A stretch of DNA of 64,000 bases from an uncultured Eubacterium sp. (GCA_910584065.1 CAJTZN010000015.1:748-64747); one strand, 5' to 3'; numbered from the stretch's first letter, positions 18,619 to 29,539 are shown. Notes: generated by a model not told the origin, from the letters alone. Numbers and translations are program-made.

Positions 18619-19818
18619 CTATATCTCCACCTTGTGCAACAGATAATCCAAAGCATTGATCTTTCGAATCCCCTCATAATCGGCGGCTGGATCCATATCC
18701 AGAGTTAAAATACATTTCGGATAATTGTCCTGGATCTTTTGCAAGGGCCTTAGCTCCCTCTCCAGCGTTTTTTCATCCCGGACCGTCGCCGCAACCTGTA
18801 TGTACTTCCGCCCCGTCTCATCCCTTGCCACAAAATCGATCTCCACATCCCCCATTTTCCCGACGCAGACTTCGTATCCCCGGCGGATCAATTCCAGATA
18901 CACGATATTTTCCAAAATATGCCCGGCGTCCCTCCCGGCCTGCCCAAGCATGGTATTTCGCAGGCCAACATCCACAACATAGTATTTTTCCAGCGTCTTC
19001 AGATACTGTCTGCCCTTGATATCATACCGCTTGGCCTGATAGATGATATAGGATTCCATCAGGGAAGAAACATACGACTCCACTGTCCTTACATTGATCT
19101 TCCTCCCGTTTGACGTCATCGTATCGCTGATCTTCTTCGTCGACAGCTGGCTTCCCAGATTATCCAGCAGAAATCGTATGACACTTTCGAGCATCATGAC
19201 ATCATCAATCTTCTTTCTGGAAATAATATCTTTTACGACAATGGAATCGTAAATGCCCGACAGATAGTCCCTGACCTGCTCCTGTTCCAGATTTAGGACA
19301 TACGGAAACGACGAACTTTCCACATACCGCCGGTACGCTTCCTCCGCCCCGTCATCCGCCCCTTGGGCCGATACATATTCATAAAAGGACAATGGCAGCA
19401 TTTCAATCTTGACATATCTTCCAGTCAATAGCGTCGCCAGTTCCCCGGAGAGCAGATACGCATTCGAACCGGTCATATAAATATCGACATTCTCTTTGAG
19501 GAATAAACTGTCCACGACCCGTTGAAATTCATTGACATTTTGTATCTCATCAAGAAAAATATAGGTCATCCGGCCCTCGACAAGCCGCTCTTTCAAATAC
19601 CGGTACAGCGCTTTCGCTTCCCGCAGCTCATCAAACTCAAAATCTTCAAAATTGACGGCTATGATCTGTTCCCCCGGCACACCCTGCTCCCGCAGATATT
19701 CCTGGAACATCCGCAGCAGCGTGGATTTGCCACAGCGCCTGATCCCCGTAACGACCTTTATTATTTTTTTATCCTGATATCCGGCCAGCTTTTCAAAATA
19801 TTCCTGTCTTCGAATCAT
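18619..19818 (-). CDS. AAA_14/DUF4143 family ATP-binding protein
   Basis: GIRRCGKS, FLDEIQ, TGSN, LENIVYLEL and EIDFVA motifs. Confidence 0.92.
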   Translation of the reverse strand: MIRRQEYFEKLAGYQDKKIIKVVTGIRRCGKSTLLRMFQEYLREQGVPGEQIIAVNFEDFEFDELREAKALYRYLKERLVEGRMTYIFLDEIQNVNEFQRVVDSLFLKENVDIYMTGSNAYLLSGELATLLTGRYVKIEMLPLSFYEYVSAQGADDGAEEAYRRYVESSSFPYVLNLEQEQVRDYLSGIYDSIVVKDIISRKKIDDVMMLESVIRFLLDNLGSQLSTKKISDTMTSNGRKINVRTVESYVSSLMESYIIYQAKRYDIKGRQYLKTLEKYYVVDVGLRNTMLGQAGRDAGHILENIVYLELIRRGYEVCVGKMGDVEIDFVARDETGRKYIQVAATVRDEKTLERELRPLQKIQDNYPKCILTLDMDPAADYEGIRKINALDYLLHKVEI

Positions 19819-19964
19819 GATAATCCTCCATTTTCGCGGTACAATATAATCGAACGAACAAAACCATTTAAAAATTTAAATTATATTTATATTATATGCA
19901 AAAACTTTCAAATTATCAATAGTTTTTGTACTGCAGTGCAAAAACTTTCATTTTTCGACATTTT

Positions 19965-21461
19965 TTACATCAGTCGCCAGCCCGGGTGATATTTATTTTT
20001 CAGCGTGCAGCCGGTTAATTTGCCCCAACCTAACGGATACCCGTCCACACATACGAGAACATATGCTCCCGCCTGCTTCCCTGCTGCTGCCGCATCTTCC
20101 CCGCCCAGCACGAGCGTTTCTCCTTTCAGATAGCGAAACACCCTGTCATCCTGCGCGGACAGATCGATCACTTTTTTATACTCCCCGGCTCGCAGCGCCA
20201 TCGCGAGCGACTGGCTCGGTTCAAAGCGCTTTTTCTTTACTTCCCCCAAAAAAAGTCCGCTCCGCAGAAAGCGGAGCCCCCGCACATCCGGCATTTCCTC
20301 CGGCATATAGTAAAGCATCCCATTTTTGCTCTCAATGCGCTCACACGCAAATGTTCGGTTCAGGTTCACGGCAAACGCTTCAAACAACTCACGTTCTTCT
20401 TTTTGCAGACCGCTCCTTCGGCGACCGCTGCTTTGCCTGCGCTCGTCACTTTGCCTGCGCTCGCAGGTTCGCCTGCCTTCGTTGCTTTGCCTGCGTTCGC
20501 AAGTTCGCCTGCCCTCGCTCCCCCCGCTTTCCCCAGGGCCGCCCGTACGCTCTTCCCCACAGCGAAACAGCGCGAGAAAATGCCCTTCGCCGTCCAGCCG
20601 GTGCGGAAACATCCGCACACATTTCTCCAATTCGCGGTTATCGCTGCCGATCAGCCCCGGATTTCCCGCGGCAAACCCCGGATAGCCCTCCATCTCCACA
20701 AGCCGCATCCTCTCATCCAGAGACAATATATACTCGACCGTTCCCTCATCTTCCAACGGCGAAAATGTACAGGTGGAATACAAAAGCATCCCCCCGTCTT
20801 TCAACATTGGCAGTGCTTGTTCCAGTATCTCCCTTTGGAGTTTGCTGTAAAATTCCGGCCCGTTTTGTTCCCACGCTTTCACCATAGCCGGATCTTTGCG
20901 GAACATCCCTTCCCCGGAACAGGGCGCGTCGATAAGGATCTTATCAAAAAAGCCCGTGAAATACTGCCTAAGTTTTGCCGGATACTCCGTGATGATCAGA
21001 CTGTTTTCCACGCCAAACAGTTCTATGTTTTTCAGTAACGCCTTCGCCCGCTTGCTGCTGATGTCATTCGCCACAAGCAGTCCGGTACCGCCGAGTTTCG
21101 CCGCCAATTCAGTCGCTTTTCCTCCCGGAGCCGCGCACAGGTCAAGGACGGCCTCCCCTCTCTCGACCGGCAGCCTGGACGCCGGCGTCATCGCGCTCGG
21201 ATCCTGCAGATAGTACAAACCGGCAAAATAGTACGGATGTTTCGACGGCTGCGCTCCCTCTTCATAATAAAACCCATTTTCGATAAAAGGAATCTTCGTT
21301 ATCGCAAATGGACAGATCGTTTCAAATTCCTCCACTGAAATTTTCGCTGTATTCACCCGCAGGCCAAACTTCCTGCACTCATTCATCGAGGAACGGTATG
21401 CCTCATATTCATCCCCCAGTATACGCCTCATCTCGTCACAAAATTTCTGCGGTAATTCCAT
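19965..21461 (-). CDS. rsmF: RsmB/NOP2-family RNA m5C methyltransferase, RsmF-like
   Basis: DLCAAPGGK, DAPCSGEGMFRK and YSTCT motifs, with a C-terminal PUA-like region. Confidence 0.88.
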   Translation of the reverse strand: MELPQKFCDEMRRILGDEYEAYRSSMNECRKFGLRVNTAKISVEEFETICPFAITKIPFIENGFYYEEGAQPSKHPYYFAGLYYLQDPSAMTPASRLPVERGEAVLDLCAAPGGKATELAAKLGGTGLLVANDISSKRAKALLKNIELFGVENSLIITEYPAKLRQYFTGFFDKILIDAPCSGEGMFRKDPAMVKAWEQNGPEFYSKLQREILEQALPMLKDGGMLLYSTCTFSPLEDEGTVEYILSLDERMRLVEMEGYPGFAAGNPGLIGSDNRELEKCVRMFPHRLDGEGHFLALFRCGEERTGGPGESGGSEGRRTCERRQSNEGRRTCERRQSDERRQSSGRRRSGLQKEERELFEAFAVNLNRTFACERIESKNGMLYYMPEEMPDVRGLRFLRSGLFLGEVKKKRFEPSQSLAMALRAGEYKKVIDLSAQDDRVFRYLKGETLVLGGEDAAAAGKQAGAYVLVCVDGYPLGWGKLTGCTLKNKYHPGWRLM

Positions 21462-21487
21462 CTTCTGCATTCCTTTCTCAAACGGAA

Positions 21488-21562
21488 CACATATAGTGTT
21501 CCGTCGGGAGCACATATTTTTTCAGTGTTCCGTCGGAAGCACATATAGTGCTCCGTCGGGAG
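21488..21562. repeat. Three tandem copies of a roughly 23-bp unit
   Basis: CACATATAGTGTTCCGTCGGGAG and two variants between cdd and rsmF. Confidence 0.8.
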
Positions 21563-21563
21563 C

Positions 21564-21992
21564 TCATGCTCTCAACTTAAACCCATAGGGCAAAAGTTCC
21601 GTCAGCCGCTTCACCTCATATTCCTCCTCCGTCCGCGCGGAAATGACCTCAAAAGTTTCGGGGTCACAAAACTCCAGCATGACCTGCAGACATACGCCGC
21701 ATGGCGTCGTTTTCTCCATATCCCCATCTTTTCTTCCTCCCACGACCACGATCCGCTCAAACTCCGTCACGCCGCCGCTGACCGCTTTAAAAAACGCCAC
21801 CCGCTCCGCGCAGCATGTTGGGGAAAAAGCGGCGTTCTCCACATTACAGCCGGTAAATACGCTGCCATCCTTAGCCTGCAGGGCAGCGCCCACGGCAAAA
21901 CCGGAATACGGACAGTAAGACCCCTCCCTAGCCCGGATCGCGGCCCGGATCAGTTCCGCCAGTTCTGTTTTCCTTATCCCTTGCCCTTCCAT
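21564..21992 (-). CDS. cdd: Cytidine deaminase
   Basis: PYSGFAVGAA, GCNVENA, CAER and PCGVC motifs. Confidence 0.95.
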   Translation of the reverse strand: MEGQGIRKTELAELIRAAIRAREGSYCPYSGFAVGAALQAKDGSVFTGCNVENAAFSPTCCAERVAFFKAVSGGVTEFERIVVVGGRKDGDMEKTTPCGVCLQVMLEFCDPETFEVISARTEEEYEVKRLTELLPYGFKLRA

Positions 21993-22025
21993 AACATCCC
22001 CCTCATCTTCCAAACATGGATCACT

Positions 22026-24560
22026 CTATCGCAAATAAGAAACGTATTTGTCCCCGGCATCGTGAAATGTCTTTTCCATCTCCGCCCTGCCGATCGTTTC
22101 TTTCTTTCCGTTCGCTGGATTGTAGGTCGAAACCGTTTTCGTATCATATCCGCATATAACGACAGCAGTGGATTTTCCAGTCATACCGATCACATATTTC
22201 CCGCTGCTCACAAAATACAGTACCTGTTCCAGTGTCAAGCCGGTCAGGTTCACCGGCTCATTCATATACTGTCCGAGCATCTCATACAGGGAACGGTTCT
22301 TCGCTGACATTTTCTGGGCATCCACCGAAAAATGGTTTGCCTTTAAAACCATGTACGCACAGGCCGCCAGGTTCGAAATTTTTGAAGTAGCTTCCTGCAT
22401 TTCCAGACCGGCTACGCTGTTCATCAAAAAGCTGCCGCTCCTCTCCCACACGACCATATGGCTTGCGGAAACGACCACGCCCATCTGCTCATCCGCTTTG
22501 CGGATCGCCTCCGCGGGATCTTCATAAGAGCCCGTGATCTTTCCTAACGCATAGACATAATACTTTGGCACTTTTACCTCATCGAGATGTACCGAGCGCC
22601 CGCTTGTCACCAGTTCATCCATGGCCACCTCATACGCTGGCACCTCATCAATGATGAACGTGGACGGAAAACCGATATACCACTCGGTCAGCGTCCCCGA
22701 CGTAACGCGGGATTTCAGATCATACACGGATGTTTTCTCCTCGGTCTGATTGAGGATGCTGTCATCCGCGATACGCTGAAACTTTTTATTTCCCGACCGC
22801 TTCACGCGGGACAGCGTCATGACGTTCCCCTCTACTTTTACGTTCGTGACATACTGCTTTTTACTGCTGTACGCCTTTTTCACTTCTTTCCCCGCCGCAT
22901 CCGCAATGACCAGTTTATAACAGGGAATCAAAGGTTCTCTGGCTGTCGTGCTCGTTATATCGCTCTTCTTCACATAGCCGTAGACGACGTTCTCATTGAT
23001 CACATCAAACAGACGAATATATTCGCCATCCCGGCTTTTGGGGATCTGAACTTTTTCCTCATTCTCGAGGTTAAACACTGTCAGATTTTCCCCGTATCCC
23101 GTTTTCTGCGAATCCGACCAGACAAAACAGTTGCTCTTTTTAATGATCTTAAAGCCAATGTCCGTAATATTTTCCGCAATCTTCGTCAGCCTTCTGGATT
23201 CCATATTATAGGAATAGACAACATTCGCCACGATAAAATAATATACGTTCCGGCTGCTGACATAACCATAATCGTTAAAATCCTGCTTTAACTGCTGATA
23301 TGTCGTATCCATCGGCAGATACACCAGTTCATTTATTATATTTTCCTGCTGCACATATTTATACAGCACGATGGCCACCTTCCCCTCATACTGCCCTCTC
23401 GGGAAATATCCATACACAGCAAAATACAGATTCCCCTCCTCATCCGTTTTCAGCAGACGGATGCTCTGTCCGCCGCCCTGACGATATTCATAAGAAGCCT
23501 GTTCCGAATACGAAGAATACAATTTGGTGACCACATTCTTCTCCTTATCCATATCGTAGCAATACAGGTTTCCCGAGCGCGCAAAAAAGAGCCGCTTCGT
23601 TTTCTCACAGACGAGAGTCTCCATATCCACCTCATTGGTGATCCCAATCTTCAGCTGGTTTTTCTGCACACTCGTCAGCTTCGGATCATATTCCGTCTCC
23701 AACGTCCGCTCAAAGTTCAGCAAATAACTGTGGCCCGAAGCAAATCTCACGCGGTAAAATTCATTGACATGATATACTTCCTTGCCGGACGCCGTCGTCC
23801 CCTCCACAAAGTAATTCAGGTGAAAACAAGCTGTTTCCATGTTGTATTCTTTTACCGTGGGAACGGGTTCAGACAGTTTCTTCGGCGACAATCTCCCCCA
23901 GGTAACGAGATCCGAACTCGATTTAATGTTCACCGTGGCAAGCGAATCATTCGACGCCGTGCCGTCCGGTTCCAAATACGTTTCCAGCTGCTCCGCTTTC
24001 GACTTGCTGAACGTATCTTTGTGAAACTGCATGGCAAAAGCAAGTTTTTCTTTCAGAAACGAATCCTGTGTATAATACTTGAGCCTGGTATAATAGTGCA
24101 CTTTCCTTCCCGAGTCAGTCGTGGCCGTCAGGGACAGGACATATTCCGTGCTTGTCTGAAATCCATAATCCAGATCCAGTTCGAGTTTCTTCGTATCCTT
24201 CCCAATGGCGTTCATCGCGCCGGAAAAATAAACTTCATCCGTGTCCTTATCCATGATGTCGTACTGCAGCTTGATCAGCCGGACTTCCTTATCATGTATC
24301 GTGATCTGCAGCTTTTTGTCCGTACTGATCGGGGTGAGCGATTCCCGCACGATCTTATGGTCCAACGGGCCATTGTATCCGTACAGGCGGTTCATCTCAA
24401 CATTCTGGGACACCAGCGTAAGAAAGGGAATACTTTCCTCCCCCCGGCTGATCTGGACCCCCTCTTCATACATGTCACTTTCCAACTGCCTGCCAAAGTA
24501 AAAAAGCGCCCCCGCAAAAACGACGAGTAAGACAACTGCTTTATATAAATATTTAACCAT
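22026..24560 (-). CDS. Large membrane-anchored hypothetical protein
   Basis: 844-aa ORF with N-terminal TM/signal segment and GGAG RBS; no firm motif. Confidence 0.8.
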   Translation of the reverse strand: MVKYLYKAVVLLVVFAGALFYFGRQLESDMYEEGVQISRGEESIPFLTLVSQNVEMNRLYGYNGPLDHKIVRESLTPISTDKKLQITIHDKEVRLIKLQYDIMDKDTDEVYFSGAMNAIGKDTKKLELDLDYGFQTSTEYVLSLTATTDSGRKVHYYTRLKYYTQDSFLKEKLAFAMQFHKDTFSKSKAEQLETYLEPDGTASNDSLATVNIKSSSDLVTWGRLSPKKLSEPVPTVKEYNMETACFHLNYFVEGTTASGKEVYHVNEFYRVRFASGHSYLLNFERTLETEYDPKLTSVQKNQLKIGITNEVDMETLVCEKTKRLFFARSGNLYCYDMDKEKNVVTKLYSSYSEQASYEYRQGGGQSIRLLKTDEEGNLYFAVYGYFPRGQYEGKVAIVLYKYVQQENIINELVYLPMDTTYQQLKQDFNDYGYVSSRNVYYFIVANVVYSYNMESRRLTKIAENITDIGFKIIKKSNCFVWSDSQKTGYGENLTVFNLENEEKVQIPKSRDGEYIRLFDVINENVVYGYVKKSDITSTTAREPLIPCYKLVIADAAGKEVKKAYSSKKQYVTNVKVEGNVMTLSRVKRSGNKKFQRIADDSILNQTEEKTSVYDLKSRVTSGTLTEWYIGFPSTFIIDEVPAYEVAMDELVTSGRSVHLDEVKVPKYYVYALGKITGSYEDPAEAIRKADEQMGVVVSASHMVVWERSGSFLMNSVAGLEMQEATSKISNLAACAYMVLKANHFSVDAQKMSAKNRSLYEMLGQYMNEPVNLTGLTLEQVLYFVSSGKYVIGMTGKSTAVVICGYDTKTVSTYNPANGKKETIGRAEMEKTFHDAGDKYVSYLR

Positions 24561-24709
24561 GAAAATAAAATCTCCTTGCTTATAAATCCGTTAGCACTTA
24601 TTTTATCACACTTATAACAACAGGGCAATCACATTTCCCATTTTTCTCTATATATTAGTAATAACACGAAAACAATCCTGTGATCTCTCACAGGCTGAAA
24701 GGAATGTTT

Positions 24710-25108
24710 ATGAATCATTTTGAGGAAGCTTTTCAGGATTACTGGTTCGGCCAGCCCCTGTCCCCGTCACTCTCACCAGTCTTTGGCGCGGAAAAACTGT
24801 GGGAAATGGAAAATGACTATTCCTATCTGAAATATCTGTACCCCAATATATGCAGCAAACTCCGTGAACGCACAGAAGAAGAATGCGACCAGCTCGAATA
24901 TGACGGAAGCATTATGTTTGATACTTACCCGGACAAAACGGCCCTGCAGCAGATTGCCCGCAAAATCGTGAAAAAGTGCAGTCAGGAAGATCCCGACTCG
25001 TTTCCTGCGGACAACTCGCACATCCGGGAAATGGCAGAAATCATTTTATACAATGAAATCCTGTTTCGACGCAACCGCTACCGCTACCGCAAGCGTCTCT
25101 ATTTCTAA
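24710..25108 (+). CDS. Conserved hypothetical protein
   Basis: AAAGGA RBS; LEYDGSIMFD.YPD motif; Arg-rich tail. Confidence 0.7.
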   Translation: MNHFEEAFQDYWFGQPLSPSLSPVFGAEKLWEMENDYSYLKYLYPNICSKLRERTEEECDQLEYDGSIMFDTYPDKTALQQIARKIVKKCSQEDPDSFPADNSHIREMAEIILYNEILFRRNRYRYRKRLYF

Positions 25109-25128
25109 ATGTGCGCTGTCGGCCGTAC

Positions 25129-25171
25129 GAAAAAGAACCCCCACATCCGTTCGATATGAGGGTTCTTTTTC
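25129..25171. terminator. Bidirectional terminator
   Basis: GAAAAAGAACCC...GGGTTCTTTTT between convergent genes. Confidence 0.8.
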
Positions 25172-25173
25172 AT

Positions 25174-26688
25174 TCAGGATGCTGATGACTGCGCACCCGC
25201 AAAGGCTATCTTTTCAAAATCCGCAACCGACATCGGTCTGGCAAAAATAAAGCCCTGTATGTAATCACAATCCATTTCTTTCAGATAATCAACTTGAGAA
25301 CGGATCTCCACACCTTCGGAAATCGTTTTCAAATCCAGTTCCTGGGCAAGGTGCAACACGCTGTTCACCACGCTCTTCCCCCTTTGGTCATCGACGGCTT
25401 CCTTAAAGAACACCCGGTCAAGCTTGAGCGCATCCACCCTCACATCCTTCAGCATGTTCAGAGAGGAATAACCGCTGCCGAAATCATCAATCGAACAACG
25501 CATCCCCGCCTCGTGGATCTGATTGATCAGGTCGTTCAGCATGGACATCTCATTATAAAACAATGATTCCGTAAGTTCGATCTCAATGGAATTCTTAGGT
25601 ACATCATAGCGGCTCAATATTTCCAAATACCGGTCAAAAAAACCGGGTATCGTAAAGTGTCCTCTCGACATATTGACCGAAATCGGAACGTTTCGATAAC
25701 CCTTCTTTTTCCACCTCTCAAGGATCTTGCACACCTGCTCAAACATATAGAGATCCAGTTCCACTACAAATCCGTTTTTCTCAAATAAGGGAATGAACTC
25801 ATTCGGGCCGATCATCCCTTCCACCGGATCAAACCAGCGGACCAGTGCTTCCGCGCCGCCGATCGTCTCATTTACCAGTTCATACTTCGGCTGGAGGAAC
25901 GGAACGAACTCACCATTTTTCAGCGCCCGCTCCATCTTCGTCTCCAAAGACTTCTCGCGGCTGAGCAGCTCCCGCTCTTTTTCATCATAAACTCCCATAT
26001 GTACCAGATGCTGCGGCGACTGGATCACTTTTTTCAACGCCAGATTCGCCTTCTCGAGCATGGTAGAAACCGGCTCGTTCCGATCCTCCACCTGATATAC
26101 TCCAAAGTACATCTTTATTCCGTATTTTATCCCCTCGCTGTCTTCGAGGAGCGCCAGCTGCTCATTGATCCGGGACAGCCGGTGTTCCAGTTTTTTCATG
26201 GAGAGAAAGCGCATCATCATCCCGAAATTATCCGCCATGATCCTTCCCGACACCTCATCCCAGCGAAGCATCTCGGCATCGATCACCTGATGGATCTCCT
26301 TCAGGACGGCATCCCCCACATCATCGCCATACGCGTCATTGATCAGTTTAAACCGATCCACGTTCGCGTAAACAACGACAAACTCTCCCTCCCCTTTCAG
26401 CAGCCGGTCGGAAACTCTCTCGAATTCCTTCTTATTCCATCCGCCAGTCACATCATCGCGTCTCATCTTTCCGTAATAGAGTAAATACTTCGCTGCAATA
26501 GATAACAGAATGAGCGCAACCGCTAATAACATAACTCCGGTTCTCGTAAGTGTACTTTCCATGTTCATCAATGCAAGATACAGCAAACAGATAAACGCGG
26601 CTCCTGCAATGACATCCCATATTACCATTCCCAGTATACTACGCCACTCGTATATTATAGAGTGAACACGATTCACAACATGGTCCAC
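25174..26688 (-). CDS. Membrane GGDEF(degenerate)-EAL protein, likely c-di-GMP phosphodiesterase
   Basis: MADNF replaces GGDEF; EALVRW, DDFGSGYSS, EGVE and QG motifs are intact. Confidence 0.9.
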   Translation of the reverse strand: MDHVVNRVHSIIYEWRSILGMVIWDVIAGAAFICLLYLALMNMESTLTRTGVMLLAVALILLSIAAKYLLYYGKMRRDDVTGGWNKKEFERVSDRLLKGEGEFVVVYANVDRFKLINDAYGDDVGDAVLKEIHQVIDAEMLRWDEVSGRIMADNFGMMMRFLSMKKLEHRLSRINEQLALLEDSEGIKYGIKMYFGVYQVEDRNEPVSTMLEKANLALKKVIQSPQHLVHMGVYDEKERELLSREKSLETKMERALKNGEFVPFLQPKYELVNETIGGAEALVRWFDPVEGMIGPNEFIPLFEKNGFVVELDLYMFEQVCKILERWKKKGYRNVPISVNMSRGHFTIPGFFDRYLEILSRYDVPKNSIEIELTESLFYNEMSMLNDLINQIHEAGMRCSIDDFGSGYSSLNMLKDVRVDALKLDRVFFKEAVDDQRGKSVVNSVLHLAQELDLKTISEGVEIRSQVDYLKEMDCDYIQGFIFARPMSVADFEKIAFAGAQSSAS

Positions 26689-26858
26689 ACTATCGCCTCC
26701 TATTTCTATTCCCTAGTAAAAGTATTGTACCACAAAAATACTTGATTTACAAGGTCTTTATAGAAGTAAAACTTCCTCCCGTTTATAAATCCGATCCTGC
26801 ATATTCGATCATGTTCTTCATAAAATATAAAGAACTATTTTATATTCCGGAGGAAATG

Positions 26859-27272
26859 ATGCCAGGAAAGAGAATCGCCTTTTTGTTCCCTTTATTTCTG
26901 CTGTTTTTGACTGTCGGCTGCCAAAAGGAAACCGGTTCCGCTGAGCGGGGAAAGGATCTGGACTACACGGTGGTCGCTGTCCGGGACTGCCCGGAAGATT
27001 TTTTAAAGGAACTGGAAGAAAAGAAAATAACCCCCTTTCAAATGACATATATGGATGGCGAATATCTGTATATCGCACTTGGATACGGAGAGCAGCCGAC
27101 CGGCGGATTCAGCATCACCGTTCACGGCCTTTATGAAATGGGCGACAAACTGTGTCTGGAGGCGGAACTGCTCGGACCGTCGAAAGATGAAATCGTGAAA
27201 GAGAAACCAAGTTACCCGTACATTATCGTAAAAACAGAGAAAACAGAAAAAGAAGTACTCTTTGAGGATTAA
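26859..27272 (+). CDS. PrcB-family lipoprotein
   Basis: Lipobox LTVGC; GEQPTGGFSI and SYPYIIVK motifs. Confidence 0.75.
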   Translation: MPGKRIAFLFPLFLLFLTVGCQKETGSAERGKDLDYTVVAVRDCPEDFLKELEEKKITPFQMTYMDGEYLYIALGYGEQPTGGFSITVHGLYEMGDKLCLEAELLGPSKDEIVKEKPSYPYIIVKTEKTEKEVLFED

Positions 27273-27346
27273 GTCCCGGCGCGGCAGAATGGACAGGGTC
27301 TTAGCCGCCAAACCCTCCTGCGGGCTCAACAGCTAAGACCCCGGCT

Positions 27347-29539
27347 CTATTTCTCCTGCTCGTATTCATTCAGGTATTTGCGGATCATGTGGAACAGTTC
27401 CCCCACATCGAGAGGTTTCGGCAAATGGGCATTCATCCCGCTCTCCTTTGATTTTTTGCGGTCCTCTTCAAACGTGTTGGCCGATACCGCGATAATCGGG
27501 ATACCTGCCAGTACCGGATCCTCCAGCTTCCGGATGGCCTTTGTCGCAAGATAGCCATCCATCACCGGCATCTGTATGTCCATGAGGATCAGATCGTAAT
27601 AACCAGGTTGCGAATTTTTCACTTTTTCTACCGCTATACTGCCGTCAGAAGCCGTATCGATCAAAAATCCCCCTTCTTTTAACACCTCAACCTCAATCTC
27701 CATATTGATCTCGTTATCATCCACGATGAGAATCCTCTTGCCCCTCATATCTTCAAGGTCCTCTTCCACATCATTTTCATCCTGGCCAAGCACCTGCTGT
27801 TTGTCCGGCACATGGAAAATAAAAGTGACCATAAACGTACTTCCTTTCCCGACCTCAGACGTCACATCGATCGTGCCGCCCATAATATCTACGAGATTTT
27901 TAGTGATCGGCAGTCCCAGTCCGGTCCCGTGCACGCCACTGAGCGTCGTATTCTTTTCCCGCTCAAACGCTGTAAAAAGCCGTCCGATAAACTCATCACT
28001 AATACCGATTCCCTTATCTTCTACCGTTAGCTGGTACACGGCCTGGTGATCGTGCAATTCCTTTCGCTCATAGAGCGACACGGAAATTTCCGCTTTCTCC
28101 CCGCTGTATTTTATGGCGTTGTCGACCAGGCTGGAGATGATCGTAAGCAGTTTCTGCCGATCCGCCATGACGATCCGGTGCCATACCCCTGACGTATCCA
28201 GCGAAAAATCAATCGGCTTTTCCTTTCTCTCCTTGAGTACCCAGGTCTGTATCTGCTGTACAATATGTATCAGATCGCACTCTTCTTCCTTTACATCCAC
28301 ATTTCCCGACTCTATCTTGGAAATCTCCAACACATCATTTAATAGCTGCATCAGCTGCTCGCTGGCGTCGGATATCATATCCAGATACGCTGATACCTTT
28401 TCCTCATCGCCGAGATATTTGCGGATCAGGGACGTAAATCCAATGATCGCATTCATCGGCGTCCGTATATCGTGGGACATATTTGATAAAAATATATTTT
28501 TCGCCTGATTTGCCGCATTCGCCTCCTCCAGTGCCAAAGCCAGCATCTTTTTCTGCTTGATCTCCTGGATGATCTCCTCATCGACATTTCGATAGCCGAG
28601 GATGACCTGGGACACCCGTCCGTCCTTTCCCGGATTTACCATGCGAAGCTGGATATATCCGGTCTTTCCGCCCCTGTAAACACGATAATTCACATGGTAT
28701 GTCTTGTGCTCCGCCAAAACCTTGCGGATGTTGTCGGGATCCGTCACGCCCTCAACGATCTTCCGGTCCTCCGGATACACCCAGTTTTCGATATAATCCT
28801 CATCAAATCCGACAAAATCGCAGATCGGACAGTCTTTCGGAAACTGTTTTTGAAACCTCTCGCTGACCCGGTACGCCTTGATGCGGTTCGTATCCAGATT
28901 GACGTAAAAGATCGATTCATAATCAACGCTCAACCCCTCGATCATCTCAAACCGCCGCAGATGCTCCTGATTGATCACTTCCAATTCCTCATAGTAACCC
29001 TGCACCTGCTCCTGGAGTATCCGTTCATTTTCCTGTCTCTCTTTCCGCTTCTCCGTCGCGTCTCCGATAAACACGTAAAAAAAGTCCCCGATCACGTCAC
29101 TGTGGATAAAATGCCCGTAATCTTCTACCCAGCGGATTTCCCCGTCCTTACGGACAATGCGGTATTCCACATAATCCAGATCATACTGGCTTTCCGAAAT
29201 CTGTTGCACGATGCTGTTTTCCACCCGCTCCAGATCGTCGGGATGCACAATCCCACGAAATGAATTTCCGGTCAGTTCCTGAAACTCTTCCCTTGTTTCA
29301 CAGCCAAAAATGCGCACGACAGCCTCATTGGCGTATACGATTTCCTCCCCGCCATCCGCGTAATAGATAAAAAAACCGCCCGGCATGGCGTTGGCGAAAT
29401 TCCTGAACAAAAACGCCATCCTCCTGCGGCATAATTCCTCAAATGACTCCTCCTGTGAAACCGACTGCCACTCAATATCACGGGTGACATCGGCATCCTG
29501 TATTTGGGGATTCTGCAACGAAGCCAGCAAATATTCCAT
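27347..29539 (-). CDS. PAS-domain hybrid sensor histidine kinase/response regulator; start uncertain
   Basis: PAS (VHPDD), H-box SHDIRTPM, GTGLGL, and receiver domain DDNE...MDIQMP...KP. Confidence 0.92.
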   Translation of the reverse strand: MEYLLASLQNPQIQDADVTRDIEWQSVSQEESFEELCRRRMAFLFRNFANAMPGGFFIYYADGGEEIVYANEAVVRIFGCETREEFQELTGNSFRGIVHPDDLERVENSIVQQISESQYDLDYVEYRIVRKDGEIRWVEDYGHFIHSDVIGDFFYVFIGDATEKRKERQENERILQEQVQGYYEELEVINQEHLRRFEMIEGLSVDYESIFYVNLDTNRIKAYRVSERFQKQFPKDCPICDFVGFDEDYIENWVYPEDRKIVEGVTDPDNIRKVLAEHKTYHVNYRVYRGGKTGYIQLRMVNPGKDGRVSQVILGYRNVDEEIIQEIKQKKMLALALEEANAANQAKNIFLSNMSHDIRTPMNAIIGFTSLIRKYLGDEEKVSAYLDMISDASEQLMQLLNDVLEISKIESGNVDVKEEECDLIHIVQQIQTWVLKERKEKPIDFSLDTSGVWHRIVMADRQKLLTIISSLVDNAIKYSGEKAEISVSLYERKELHDHQAVYQLTVEDKGIGISDEFIGRLFTAFEREKNTTLSGVHGTGLGLPITKNLVDIMGGTIDVTSEVGKGSTFMVTFIFHVPDKQQVLGQDENDVEEDLEDMRGKRILIVDDNEINMEIEVEVLKEGGFLIDTASDGSIAVEKVKNSQPGYYDLILMDIQMPVMDGYLATKAIRKLEDPVLAGIPIIAVSANTFEEDRKKSKESGMNAHLPKPLDVGELFHMIRKYLNEYEQEK

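Noticed and set aside
21488..21562. Mini-CRISPR
   Set aside because: The units are directly adjacent, with no unique spacers.
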